Assembly: GCF_036365525.1 (NCBI RefSeq)
Contig: NC_090397.1
Span: forward strand, 42,413,679-42,477,678
Direction: 5' to 3'
DNA from: Heterodontus francisci
Lineage: Eukaryota
Length of the DNA stretch: 64,000 nt
Below are positions 24,310-37,051 of the stretch, in pieces (position 1 is the first letter of the stretch; each line of letters begins with the position of its first letter). The translations under genes and the position numbers were made by a program. The notes beneath the pieces were generated by a model. That model was not told where the DNA came from. It searched no databases and saw only the letters and a program-made list of their open reading frames with translations.

Positions 24310-25540
24310 TATGGGATGTGGGCGTCATTGGCAAGGCCAGCATTTGTTACCCATCCCTAATTCCCTTGAGAAGGTGGTAGTGAGCTGCCTTCTTGAACTG
24401 CTGCAGTCCATCTAGTGTAGGTACACCCACATGCTATTAGGGAGGGAGTTCTAGGATTTTGATCCAGCGGCAGTGAAGGAACGGTGATATATTTCCAAGT
24501 CAGAATAATGTGTGGCTTCAAGGGGAACTTGTGTGGTGTTCCCACGCGTCTGATGCCCTTGTCCTAGGTGGAAGAGGTTTTGATAGGTGCTGCTTGTAGG
24601 TGCCCTTGTCCTAGGTGGAAGAGTGTTTGGAAGGTGCTGCCGAAGGAGGCAGCAGTGCATCTTGTAGATGGTACACACTGTTGTCATTATGTGTCAGTGG
24701 TGGAGGGAGTGAGTGTTGAAGGTGGTGAATGGGGTGCTGATGAAGCAGGCGGCTTTGTCCTGGATGGTGTCGAGCTTTCTGAATGTTGATGGAACCGCAC
24801 TCATCCAGGCAAGTGGAGAGTATTCCATCACACTTGCGCCTTGTAGATGGGAACAAGCTTTGAGGAGTCAGGAGGTGGGTTACTCACCACAGAATTCTCA
24901 GCCTCTGACCTGCTCTTATAGCCACAGTATTTATGTAGCTGCTCCAGTTTAGTTTCTGGTCAATGGTAACCTGCAGGATCTTGATAGCGGGGGATTCAGT
25001 GATGGCAATGCTGTTGAATATCAAGGGGAGATCATTAGATTCTCTCCTGTTGGAGTTGGTCAATGCCTGGCACTTGTGTGGCATGAATATATTACTTGCC
25101 ACTTATCAGCCCAAGCCTGACTGTTGTCCAGGTCTTGCTGCATATGGACATAGACTGCTTCAGTATCTGAGGAGTTGCAAATGGTACTGAACATTATACA
25201 ATCATCAGCGAACATCCACACTTCTGACCTTATGATGGAGGGAAGGTCATTGATGAAGCAGCTGAAGATGGTTGGGCCGAGGACACTACCCTGAGGAACT
25301 CCTGCAGCAATGTCCTGGGGTTGAGGTAATTGGCCTCCAACAACTACAACCATCTTCCTTTGTGCTACATCTGACTCCAACCGCGGAGAGTTTTCCCCTG
25401 ATTCCCATTGACTTCAATTTGGTTCGGGTTCCTTGATGCCACACTTGGTCAAATGCTCTCTTGATATGAAGAGCAATCACTCTCATCTCATGTCTTGAGT
25501 TCAGCTCTTTTGTCCATGTTTGGACCAAGGCTGTACTGTG
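24310..25540 (-). mobile_element. CR1/L2-group LINE: RT C-terminus and 3' end
   Basis: AFDQVWH, GVPQGSVLGPTIFSCFINDL..MFADD motifs. Confidence 0.85.
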
Positions 25541-26442
25541 GTCAAGAAAATGTCCAATTAAGACTTCTCACTAATATGCAGAAAATACTTCAGTTACAAA
25601 GTTAATTTTCTCAGTAATGCATCAATTGCTGCAATGTAAGCAATTACTAGGACTGTACTGGAAGAGGTACAAGCAAAGCTTTTTGGATAAAGTTGAGCAT
25701 GTGAAGCTTTAATTCAAGAATAACATACATAAAATAAATGGTAACTTGAACACAAATGTATATACCCCAATGTTTCATCAGAGATTTTAAAGCAGGAAGC
25801 TGAATTCGCTATCACTATTCAAATTCTGATTGCAACCAGTGCCGTCTCCTCTTTTTAATTGAAAGTGCTTAACTCAAATTACTGGGTAATTAACATTTTG
25901 AGGAGTTAAAATGACTGAATTAACAGGAGTGCATTGTGTATGTTGTATAAAATGCTTAGTTGAGTTTCTTCAGCTATCCCTGCCTCTCTTAGCCCAAGTG
26001 TACGCCCAGGAATGCTTTAGAAGGGTGATATTTGGATAGGAAATGCAAATGGATGAGAATAATAGGCAGCCCTCATTTTCCAATCGTGCAGGTCACCTTT
26101 TTAATGTTTCTGAATTTTTTTCATCCAAAAGAGCCCATACTACTCTTTTCCTGCAAAATGAGCTTCTCATCATTACATCAGTTTTAATGTGTTTGTTAAA
26201 ACATTTAGGATCACATTTGCTTTGTCTGAGTTTGTATATTTTTGATATGTTTTTTTGATGCTCAGTGTTATACCCTAAAGGGTATTCCACTGTTCCTGTA
26301 CCAAAGTGTTGTTGAACAATCTCTTCCAATCTGTTTAGGTATTCCCTCATTTTATTATACACCTGGCTCCAGGTTTTTCACATTTTTTGGCGCCTCAGAT
26401 CATATTCAACTTGATCACTGTGACTGCTGGATTTAATTCCCT

Positions 26443-27012
26443 GTACAGCTGTACAGAACTTTAGTTAGGCCACACTTAGAATATTGTGTGCAGTTCTGGT
26501 TGCCACACTACCAGAAGGACGTGGAGGCTTTGGAGAGGGTACAGAAGAGGTTTACCAGGATGTTGCCTGGTCTGGGGGGCATTAGCTATGAGGAGAGGTT
26601 AGATAAACTCGGATTGTTTTCACTGGAACGACGGAGGTGGAGGGGCGACATGATAGAGGTTTGCAAAGTTATGAGCGGCATGGACAGAGTGGATAGTCAG
26701 AAGCTTTTTCCCAGGGTGGAAGAGTCAATTATTAGGGGACAGGTTTAAGGTGAGAGGGGCAAAGTTTAGAGGGGATGTGCGAGGCAAGTTCTTTACACAG
26801 AGGGTGGTGAGTGCCTGGAACTTGCTGCCAGGGGAGGTGGTGGAAGCAGGTACGATAATGACGTTTAAGAGGCATCTTGACAAATACATGAATAGGATAG
26901 GAATAGAGGGATACGGTCCCCGGAAATGCAGAAGGTTTTAGTTTAGGCAGGCATCAAGATTGGCGCAGGCTTGGAGGGCCAAATGGCCTGTTCCTGTGCT
27001 GTTTTGTTCTTT
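26443..27012 (+). mobile_element. CR1 LINE 3' fragment
   Basis: [39 protein letters not shown]. Confidence 0.9.
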
Positions 27013-27499
27013 GTACATTTCTAGGTCTTGGCTGTTATGAATATCAATGCTAAACTGCTGGCAAACTAGGGGGAAATTCTGCTTCTAATGTTTACGGGGA
27101 GATTTTCTGCTTTGGTGAACCTTATTAATCAGAGAGTAGTGTGCTGTACTTGATTTAAATTCACTGGCAAGGCCAGATATAACCTTTTGAAGGATCCTTT
27201 TGCCTTCAGAGCATTGAGTCATGGCAAAATACATTAGGTCTCTAATCTCTGAATACTAAAACAAGTAACATTCAATTATTCAGTCGCAATGCAAATATTT
27301 ACCTGGCAACAGGCAATATATTCACCTTCAAAGATATGCAGAGATGTAATGGTGATAACCAAGTTTGCAATGGACAAAGGGCACCATTTCCCAATATTGA
27401 GATATCTAATCTGATACAATAAAGTGGCCATTTAGCACTTTTCAAATCAGACAAAACTCAAAAGTGTAGTAAACAATGAGATTGATGGGAACAAACGTC

Positions 27500-28230
27500 A
27501 GCAGGACACCAGCAGGACTGGTGAAATGGGCAGACACATAGCAGGTGAAATTTAATACAGGGAAATGTGAAGTTATACATTTTGGTAGTTAGAATAAGGA
27601 GCAGTAAAATGAACTAAATTGTATAATTTTAACTTTAGTGCAGGAACAGAGAGCTGGGTGTGTGTGTGCGCGCAAATCTTTGAAGGTGACAGACATGTTC
27701 AGAAGGTTGTTAAAAAAGTATGTGGGACCCTTGGCTTTATTAGTAAAGACATAGAGCACAAAAGCAAGGAAGTTATCTCAAACCTTCATGAAACAATGGT
27801 TAGGCCTCAGCTGGAGAGTTGTGTTCAATTTTGGGCACCAGACATAAGGAATGATGTTAAGGCTTTGGAGAGAGTGCAGAAGAGACTCGTTAGAATGGTT
27901 AGAGGGATGAGGGACTTTAGTTATGTAGGGAGACTGGAGAAGCTGTGGTTGCTGTTCTGAGAGCAGAGAAGGTTAAGAGGAGATTTGATAGAGGTGTTCA
28001 AAATCATAAATGAGTGAGTTATTGTGATCTGGAATGTCACTGCCTGGAAGGGTGGTGGAAGCAGATTCAATAGTAACATTCAAAAGAGAATTGGATAAAT
28101 ACTTGAAGGGGAAACAATTTACAGGGATATGGGGAAAGAGCTAAGGAGTAGGATTGATAGGATAGCTCTGCCAAAGAGCTGGCACAGGCATGATGGGCCT
28201 AATGCGCCTTCCATGCTGTATTCATTCTAT
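27500..28230 (+). mobile_element. Old CR1 LINE fragment
   Basis: VRPQLESCVQFWAP..LERVQKR in ORF 27619-27960. Confidence 0.8.
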
Positions 28231-28934
28231 GAATGACTAGAAGAAAAGGCGAAGCTGATCAGAAATGTATGAGGCAATTGTATTGTCCCTTTCACTAATT
28301 CAAATTAGATTGCTAACTTAGGAAAGAACTCGTCAAGTGTGCAAAACACGCCACAAGTGGGTGCAGCCTGATTTGCCTGGCATTGTTCTGTTAGTCTTCC
28401 TCTTCATCCAAAGAGTACAAATATAGAGGGATATCTGTGGTGAAATCCATTGTGATACTAAGGATGGATAAAAAACAGCTGTGCTAAAGTTGCCACCTTG
28501 TCTCTTGACCACCCAAACTGAAAAAAGAAATGCATGATAAGAAATGTAAAAATTAGATCAAATGCTTGCAGTAATTTCTGGAGGATAATTCCTGTTCTGA
28601 GGAATTTTTCAACCTGCTTTCTCAGAATAAATGACTGAGGTGGTTAAATTGACATTTTCAAGATTCTAAAGGGCATTGTTAAAATTGATCCATGCAAAAT
28701 TAATCCAAGCAAAAATTGTTTCAGGGAATTGAAAAAATTAATCTTGTTCTTTGTGGTGAAAGGATCAAATACCAGGGGATGCTTTAAAAATTCGGAAGTT
28801 AGAAGAAAACCTGCATTTATATTCTGCTTTTTATTACTTAAGGACATTCCAAACCACCTAATAGCCAATGAAATTCTTGCATAATCGCTTTTGTAATATA
28901 GGGAAACACGGTGCTGAAACAGGGACGTTGGTAA

Positions 28935-29290
28935 GTGTGTACCATCTACAAGATGCACTGCAGCACCTCGCCAAGCCTCCTTCGACGGTACCTTCCAAAC
29001 CTGTGACCTCTACCACCTAGAAGGACAAGGGCAGCAGATGCATGGGAGCACACCACCTGCATGTTCCCCTCCAAGCCACACACCATCCTAACTTGCACCT
29101 GTATTGCTGTTCCTTCACTGTCACTAGGTCAAAAGCCTGGAACTCCCTTTCTAACAGCACTGTGGGTATACTTATACCAGATTGGCTGCAGCGGTTCAAG
29201 AAGGTAGCTCACCAGTTGTTCAAGGACAATTAGGGATAGGTAAGAAATGCTGGCCTTGCCAGCAATGCTCACATCCCACCAAAGAATTAA
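28935..29290 (+). mobile_element. LINE 3' end (24310 family)
   Basis: TACCATCTACAAGATGCACTGCAGC..SKAWNSL..LQRFKK. Confidence 0.75.
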
Positions 29291-29595
29291 AAAATTGAAT
29301 GTTTCAGTATTTTAGGTTTTAAGTTTCATCAACAGGTACCCATTTCGGTTGGTATTACAATAACATTTTGAACACTAAAGATCTTTGTAGAAACCTCAGG
29401 CTTTATTCTGTACTTGGTCAACATTTTTTGCAAGATATTGTAACACCACACAGATATTTCCTAAGAAAAAGAACTACATATTATAGAAAATAAAGTTACA
29501 AGCAAATATTAAAACAGCCGGATATCCAAAGTTTAATGAAAGCCCCTACAGATCTGGACTTTTTTTAATATATAAAGATGGATTTTTTTAAATTA

Positions 29596-29945
29596 TTCAT
29601 TCATGGGATGTGGGCATCACTGGCTATGCCAGCATTTATTGCCCATCCCTAATTGCCCTTGAGAAGGTGGTGGTGAGCTGCCTTCTTGAACCGCTGCAGT
29701 CCATGTGGGGTAGGTACACCCAAAGTGCTGTTAGGGAGGGAGTTCAAGGATTTTGACCCAGCGACAGTGAAGGAACAGTGATATAGTTCCAAGTCAGGAT
29801 GGTGTGTGACTAGCAGGGAAACTTGCAGGTGGTGATATTCCCATGCATCTACTGCTCTTGTCCTTCGAGGTGGTAGAGGTCGCAGGTTTGGATGGTGCTG
29901 TCTAAGGAGCCTTGGTGCGTTGCTGCAGTGCATCTTGTAGATGCT
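29596..29945 (-). mobile_element. LINE 3' end (24310 family)
   Basis: IYKMHCSN..GSKSLNSLP..LQRFKKAAHHHLLKGN. Confidence 0.8.
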
Positions 29946-31462
29946 GCTACTTGCGTACATTCTCACCCAGTATATTGACTAATTATGCTATTTGTTGGAG
30001 GTAAATTTTGAACAGTTAACAAGCCTGAATTTGAGTACAATTTACATATGGAAATGTTAAAAGTCAGTGTCACATACTATTTAGAGGGATAATGGCAGAA
30101 ATAACTCCCTAATGCTTCTACACCAAGTGTGGAGAAGCTATGGAGGATTTCTTGGCTATTCTGGGTGTTGGATTGAAGATTTGGACTAAAGATTTAAGTC
30201 CGTTATTGGAATTTCCACTGATCTTCACTTAATTCATTACTAGGTCTCCATATGGAGTAGGCTGGCAGCTACCATAATGTATTTATACTCCAGGAGTTGC
30301 GCATCCTGTATAAATTTGTCATCTTTTGAAAACAGTAAACTTGGAGGTAATTTTACTGTATTGGCTTTTCTTGTATCATTAAAGCCTCAGTTAAGAGATT
30401 CTGAAAAGAGCTCCACAATTTTGGATACTTTATCACATTTGAGACAGTTAAATGTATTTTGTAAATCCAACATTATGTTACTGATTATCTGTGTATTTCT
30501 TCTGTGTAGTTATAATTATTGTAAATAAATTTGACTGTGTTTTAGCCTGAATGATATGCTTGAATGACTGTGTGTTTTTCACCTTTCACAATGGACAGGA
30601 TTGCATGCAGGGATTCTATGCAACCTCCCGTGAAAAATATTGCAGTAAAAAGTAATTGATAAACATGTGCCATGCTTTTCCATTCACAGCACACAAAAGT
30701 GGAACATTCAGCTCAAAGAAGTTCAGGTCTGCCGATGGAAACTAAATTTTGAACATGAAATAAAGAGTATGGATTAAAGGTCACACACCTGAAACGTTGA
30801 CTGTTTCTCTCTCCACAGATGCTGCCAGACCTGCTGAGTATTTCCTGCATTTTCTGTTTTTATTTGTGTATGGAAGTCTGAATCTTAAAAAATGCATATT
30901 GTAACCTTTCCACTGGGTAAGAAAATGTTCCATTCTCATAGTAATGTACAATTGCAAACAGCAGTAGCAGAAGAAATGTTTCAATCACGAGGTAACATAG
31001 AATGCTGTTTCTGAAAGATTGGGATGTGCAGGTATTGATTTCTTCCATGTGTCTCCATCTGGATGTTGATAGATTCTGGTCACCATTATTCTGTATCCCT
31101 GTAATCTGATCCCAGTGTAACCGAAAGAATCTATTATTATATAGACTGCTGTGCAACAAAAGGTATTGGGCATAATCAACTTACCATCCACATGAAGTGA
31201 AGCTGAATGCTCAGCCACACAGCTGTCAGTGCTGTAGCTTTGGGAAGTGGAACGATACCGATTGTTAAACTAATAAATGCCGCCAGACAATTTCTGCAGT
31301 ACCCTTGTTACTCTACAGGAGAGACGGTGACTGCAGTCATGAAATGCCATAGCCTTTATTATAAGTTAATTTAGTAATTCTATGGTATTGGAAAAACAGG
31401 CTTGTGCTAATAATTTTGAACGCTGATTTAATTCTAATGCGACTAATATCACCATTTTTTAT

Positions 31463-31940
31463 GATTCACTCTCGGGATGCGGGTGGCACTGGCCAAGGCC
31501 ATACTTGTTGCACATCCCTAATTGCCCTTCTTGAACCAATGCAGTCTGTCTAGTGAAGGTGCTCCCATGATAATATTAAGTAGGACATTCCAGGATCATG
31601 ACGTGGCAACAATAAAGGATCAGCGATATATATCTAAGTTGGGATTGAATGGAACTTGGAGATGATGATATTCCCATGCACCTGCTGCCTTTGTCCTCCT
31701 TGGTAGTGGAGGCCGCAGGTTTTGGAGGTGCTGCTGAAGAAGCCTTGACAAATTACTGCAGTGCATCCTGTAAATAGTACATTCTACAACTATGGTACAC
31801 TGGTGATGAACGGCTTGGATGCTTAATGGATGAAATGCCGATCAGGCTGACTGCTTAGTCCTGGATGGTGTCTTGCATTTTGAGTGTTGTTGGAGCTGCT
31901 TGCATCCAGGCAAGTGGAGAGTTCCATCACGTTTCTGATT
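31463..31940 (-). mobile_element. Old LINE 3' end (24310 family)
   Basis: Diverged nucleotide similarity to 24310-24830. Confidence 0.6.
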
Positions 31941-33109
31941 TATGCTTTTTTTTCATACGTTAAGCCATTTTATTTGACAATTCCAACAAATAACTCAATA
32001 CCAGCAAGCGGGTGCAAAAAAGTTTATATAAACCAGGTGGGTAAGGCTACGGATCAGTGATGCATCCCCTCATCCTCCAGCTACATCTTTGCAGCTGCTG
32101 GAGAGACTTTGATCCTTTATCAGCAGACAGATTAAAAAAACAGGTTATATTTTTCAACTGTTATGCTTTTCAGTCATTTAAAGCATGAATCAGTGTCTTT
32201 TGACACCTCTGCGTTTTGACTGCTAATATTGGACACATTCCAAATAGCATGGTTCTAAGTAGCATGATGTATCTCTTGTCACAGGGCAACCTTGCATAAA
32301 TTAACATTTCATAAGCTTGTGCTATCAGGCCACTGCTTTGAATATAATGAGGGATAAAGACATAAGCAAAAGCAAGTACTTCAATGTCAAACCCACAGTG
32401 TCCTTGCTATCCATCAAGCTCTTGAATGATGACAAAGGAGAAGGAAGGTCAAATCAGAAGCAGTAGCCATGCTTTTAATTTTTTAAATTAGTGTCTAGGC
32501 CTAGCAATCATTCAAATGAAATGAGACAATACAGAAATATTTTGCAGTTTGAAACTGAACAGCACACTTGTTCTATCACTGTTACAACACAAATTCTCCT
32601 GACAGGACAGTCGTTTCAGGTGTTTAGTTTTTGAGTTATTTACAGTATATTTTTCTTTCCTGTCCAGTTAAAGACAATTGGATGGGGGACTGTTACATTA
32701 AAGTAACTAAGAAACATCAAATTACTCTCAAACTTTACTCAAAATATGTACAATAAGTACATTGGAAATATGCAGTGGGTTTCTGTTATTAAAAGGAGCA
32801 TAATATCCTTGTTATATTATTGTCCAAGCTAGTTTCATGTTCCTAGTTACACTTATACAAACTGGACAAGCCAAATAGGTATTTAAAATGTGTTTCATTT
32901 GAAAAATCAGAATGAAAGACTAGTCTCAGCCTCAACACAAATAAACAGATTTATTTTAAATTTATTGTGCGTATACACACACACATATATGTATGTTATT
33001 TTCAAATGTCCAATTAAAATGCTGAAAGGGCTGATGGTACAGATGGAAGCAGCATTTGCTTTTAGACCTAGACTACAAGATGTAATTAATAGTTTCATTA
33101 CCTTAGGAA

Positions 33110-33620
33110 GCCCTACAATGTTTTACAGTCAATGAAGTGCTTTTTGAAATGTTGGCACTGTTGTAATGGAAGTGTGGCATAAAATTTGCACACTGCAAGG
33201 TCCCACAAACTGCAATGTGATAATGACCAGATAATGAGGGAGAAAGCTATTTATTTAGTGCCATTTCTTGTGACACTACAGATTGACATCGATTCAGTGA
33301 GGTAGGCAGCACTCTGGGGCACTCCCTGCATGGTTCACATGACTTTCCTCAATTATATCATTGAGGAACACTGCACAGGTAGCAGCACCCAGCGCTGCCT
33401 GTCCCCAGGAAATCAACATATTTTTGCCTCGAGCCACTGCAGCACCTTGTGAATGAATTTCTCCCTCAACCTGTTTTAGCAATGTTGGTTAAGGGATAAA
33501 TGTTGGCCAAGACACTGGAGAGAGCGCCTCTGTTCTTTTATGCAATAGTGCAATGGGATCATTTGCATCCATTGAAGAGGGCAGAGAGGGCCTCAGTTTT
33601 ACATCCCATCCAACAGACAG
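33110..33620 (-). mobile_element. Deu-domain SINE fragment (interrupted)
   Basis: Reverse-complement similarity to 38270-38855. Confidence 0.5.
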
Positions 33621-34067
33621 CTTATTGATTTAGAGTTAGCTTAAAAAGGAAAGGAGCAATGCTTGCAAGGTACTATCTCTTCTTAGTCATGTATGTTAAT
33701 TTCTACTGTGAAATGATGAAACCAGGCGAGTAACAAATGCAGCTTAGATTTTTCCTTAGTTATTTTCCCTTCTTTTCCCTGGTTTCACCACTGAGGTGAG
33801 GAGGAAATCGATGATCTGCTCTTGGGCCTCCATTAATGCATGTCTGAACTGATCTCTGGGAGCTACATGAGAACAGCCCAGTTGGGATGGTCCCACTAAT
33901 TTCTCACTCCCTATATGGCGCAGCAAAGATAAAGTACTAAGTGACATGAAAAGCTGTAGTTGCAAACATCTAAGCATTGTCATACACTGGTGCTCCAAAA
34001 CGTTGTAGCATAATTTGAATTTCTCTCATGGCTTGGAGCAAAGCATACATCCCTGCATTTGTTCGGG

Positions 34068-34197
34068 CAGCATCTGTGGAGCGAGAAGCAGAGTTAACGT
34101 TTCGGGTCAGTGACCTTTCATCAGGACTGGCAAAGATTAGAAATGTAATATTACAGATTATTGAAGATTCCCAGCATCTGCAGCATTTTGCTTTTAT
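34068..34197 (-). ncRNA. Penelope fragment with an intact hammerhead core
   Basis: Minus strand: AGTC-CTGATGA-AAGGTCACTGACCC-GAAACGTT-AACT (core 34124-34092). Confidence 0.65.
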
Positions 34198-34224
34198 CCC
34201 TGTATTTGTTGTTTATTCAAATGT

Positions 34225-34680
34225 CATCACCCATCACCCCTGTGTTCACTGGCCTTCATTGGCTCCAGGTCCAGCAACGCCTCAAATTTAAAATTCTCGT
34301 TATTGTGTCCAAATCCCCACCTATTGCTGTAACCTCCTCCAGCCCTACAATCCTCTGAGAACTCTGCCTTCCTCCAATCCTAGTCTGCATCCCAGATTTT
34401 GCCCCACTATTGGTGGCTGTGCCTTCAGATGTCTAAGGCCCTCAGCTCTGAACTTCCTTCCATAAACCGCTCTGCCTCTCCACCTCTCCTGCTTTAAGAT
34501 GCTCCTTAAAATCTACCTCTTTGACCAAGCTTTTGGTCACCTGTCCTAATATCTCCCTATGTGGATTGGTGTCAAATTTTGTCTGATTATTCTCTATAAT
34601 ATACAGAACAATGTAGGATTACATAAATATAAAACACCTTGGAACATTTTGCTACATTAAAGGCACTTTATAAATGCACA
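34225..34680 (+). mobile_element. L2-like LINE 3' end
   Basis: PITPVFTGLHWLQVQQRLKFKIL motif typical of L2 ORF2 C-termini. Confidence 0.7.
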
Positions 34681-34911
34681 TTGTTGTTTGTCCATTTACT
34701 TATTTCTTGAATGTTTCAGCATGTACACGTTTACTGCGGAATGGGGTAGCCTATTCCACTAGTTACCTGCCCTAATTATTTAAGATGCTACCTTTGTTTT
34801 TAATTATGCTTATTTACTTCCTAATTCAGAATGAAGATTTCCTTCACATCCAGTTGGCTTGCTTGGAGATAATAAGGAAACAAACTGCAAATGTAAACCT
34901 TAAAATGTCAT

Positions 34912-35210
34912 CACAGTGGTGCGGTGATTAGCACCGCAGCCTCACAGCTCCAGTGACCCAGGTTCGATTCTGGGTACTGCCTGTGCGGAGTTTGCAAGTT
35001 CTCCCTGTGACCGCGTGGGTTTTCGCCGGGTGCTGCGGTTTCCTCCCACATCCAAAGACTTGCAGGTTGATAGGTAAATTGGCCATTATAAATTGCCCCT
35101 ACTGTAGGTAGGTGGTAGGGAATATAAATGGGTGGTTGTTGGTCGGCGCAGACTTGGTGGGCTGAAGGGCCTGTTTCAGTGCTTGTATCTCTAAATAAAG
35201 AAATAAAATA
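34912..35210 (+). mobile_element. HE1 / V-SINE
   Basis: tRNA-like A and B boxes, V-domain GTGGGTTTT..GGTGCT..GGTTTCCTCCCAC, and CR1-like tail. Confidence 0.85.
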
Positions 35211-36933
35211 AAAAGACTGGCAATACAGAGAATAAAGGTATGTTTCTGCTCGAAGCATTGGTTTCCCTTTTATTTTACAAATGTTTCTATTTATGATTCC
35301 CTTTATGATGTTGAAAACTTAAATCAGATTCTTCCATTTACCTTTTGTCCTTTTTATTATAATGAGGCCAGAGATAACTTCTTAACCACTGCTCACCTTG
35401 AAATTCCTCGATCTTTTGTTGATTGTCGCGGCTATGATTGGACATAATGTTCCCTCTGACTGTCGAATGTACTTGAAAACTCATTCTGTTTGTTACCATC
35501 ATTGTTACCACTGCGCTGATTCTTCAAGTGTTTGATAAATCAGTACACTGAAATCTGCGGCATTTTGTTTAATGATACCATCTTGTACGCACTTACTGTT
35601 TTACAGCCATCAGCAGACTGTGGGTACAACAATTTTTCAAATTCATAGTATCCCAGAAGCATAAGAATGTCTAATAGGTATTGTGTAAAATGATAAAATG
35701 TCAACAAATATATATGATTCTGACAAGTTCTTGGATAATGTCCCAGAATTACTAGGCAATAGGATAAGGTTTGAACATGTTAGTGATTACTTTTATTATG
35801 AGCTAAAGTTTTAAAGAAAAACCAGCAACCTAAGAAAAAAATATTTTATTTTATCATTACCGTTTTGTTGTGGTGTTACCATTGAGCAGTCAAGTCGTTG
35901 AATGAATGTAAATTTTTTTTACAGGTTCAGACAGTTTCAGCATAATACAGTGGCGATATAAGTCGAAAAGAGCAGCAAATATTATTGGGCAAAAACATAT
36001 AATTTGTTTTCTGGTTGACACTGAGTACATGTGTGAAGTTTTCCATTTCTCTCTCACGAACCTGCACTCGGCATTCATTCTCATCATCATCTAGCATTCC
36101 ATCTATGCTTTAATTATTTTGTGGAAAGTGAATACTGTTGTCCAAATAGCAACCATGACTTTTCATTGTGCCTCTTTCCTGTTTATGTTTCTATTAATTG
36201 AGTCATAAACCTTTTATGTGAGTGCCTGGTAAACTCTGTTTTGTGTGTCCAAGAACAGCAGTTCCTAAAATAATTTCCCGAGTCAATTTATATTCAGGTG
36301 GTAGCTTGGACCTGCTAATTGTGAGATGTTTACACAGGGTGAGCTGACTCTTTTCCAGTAAATATCACGTACATTCATTTAATCGTTACACTTTTTTTTC
36401 CATTTTTTTGTACGGAAGCAACAGTTAATTTGTTTTATTACTGATAGAATTAAAGTGGCTCTCTGTGTAACATCCTCATTGCTGATCATAGTTTATGCTA
36501 TGATATCACTATGGGGCATATTCGCCAATATGAGAAAAAAATGTCGGTCGAAATAAATTTCTAACACGATGTCTCTTTAATATCATTTCACATGTCAAAC
36601 GATAACTGATTCCCCCATACTGAAAGTGCATTTCTCTTTTATATTAAACCCGTGACATTTCATAAGAGAGCGTTCAGCTATTTGAACTGACAATGTTAAA
36701 GTGAAAAAGTCGTTTGTTTTCTCTAATTTAAAGTCGGTCTGACTAGCATATGAATTATAAGATTAAGTGGCCATCGTCTCAGTGGTGGGTATTGTTTTCC
36801 TTTCATTTTATTACAGGCGCCTCTGCTCTGCTGTAATTACATTTCATTCAGTGCTGGGGAACCTTGCACACAATACGGGAGCCATTCGCCAAATGCTGCA
36901 CAAGAGTTGATGTCCTTCAGTGTAAGTCAAGCC

Positions 36934-37051
36934 ATGGGCAGTGGCTGCAGCAGCAGAAGGTCTGAAGCCAGCAGAAAATCAAAAGCTATTGACAGACTAC
37001 TGCAGCAGGAAGGGCAAAAGACAACACTGGTGGTGAAGCTTCTACTGCTTG
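36934..37051 (+). CDS. GNAT3: Putative alternative first coding exon of the G-alpha gene (exon 1a)
   Basis: GCCATGG Kozak context; 118 nt; MGSGCSSRRSEASRKSKAIDRLLQQEGQKTTLVVKLLLLG; G|GTGAGT phase-1 donor, identical in size and phase to Gi/t exon 1; strong acceptor upstream at 36816/36817. Linkage to GNAT3 is inferred. Confidence 0.75.

Noticed and set aside
28935-29945. Inverted pair of LINE 3' ends
   Set aside because: Two diverged copies of an abundant family; chance juxtaposition is sufficient.
36934-37051. Interpreting the extra exon as GNAI1 exon 1
   Set aside because: It lacks the near-invariant MGCTLSAEDK, and GNAI1 is expected on the opposite strand beyond the 3' end of GNAT3.
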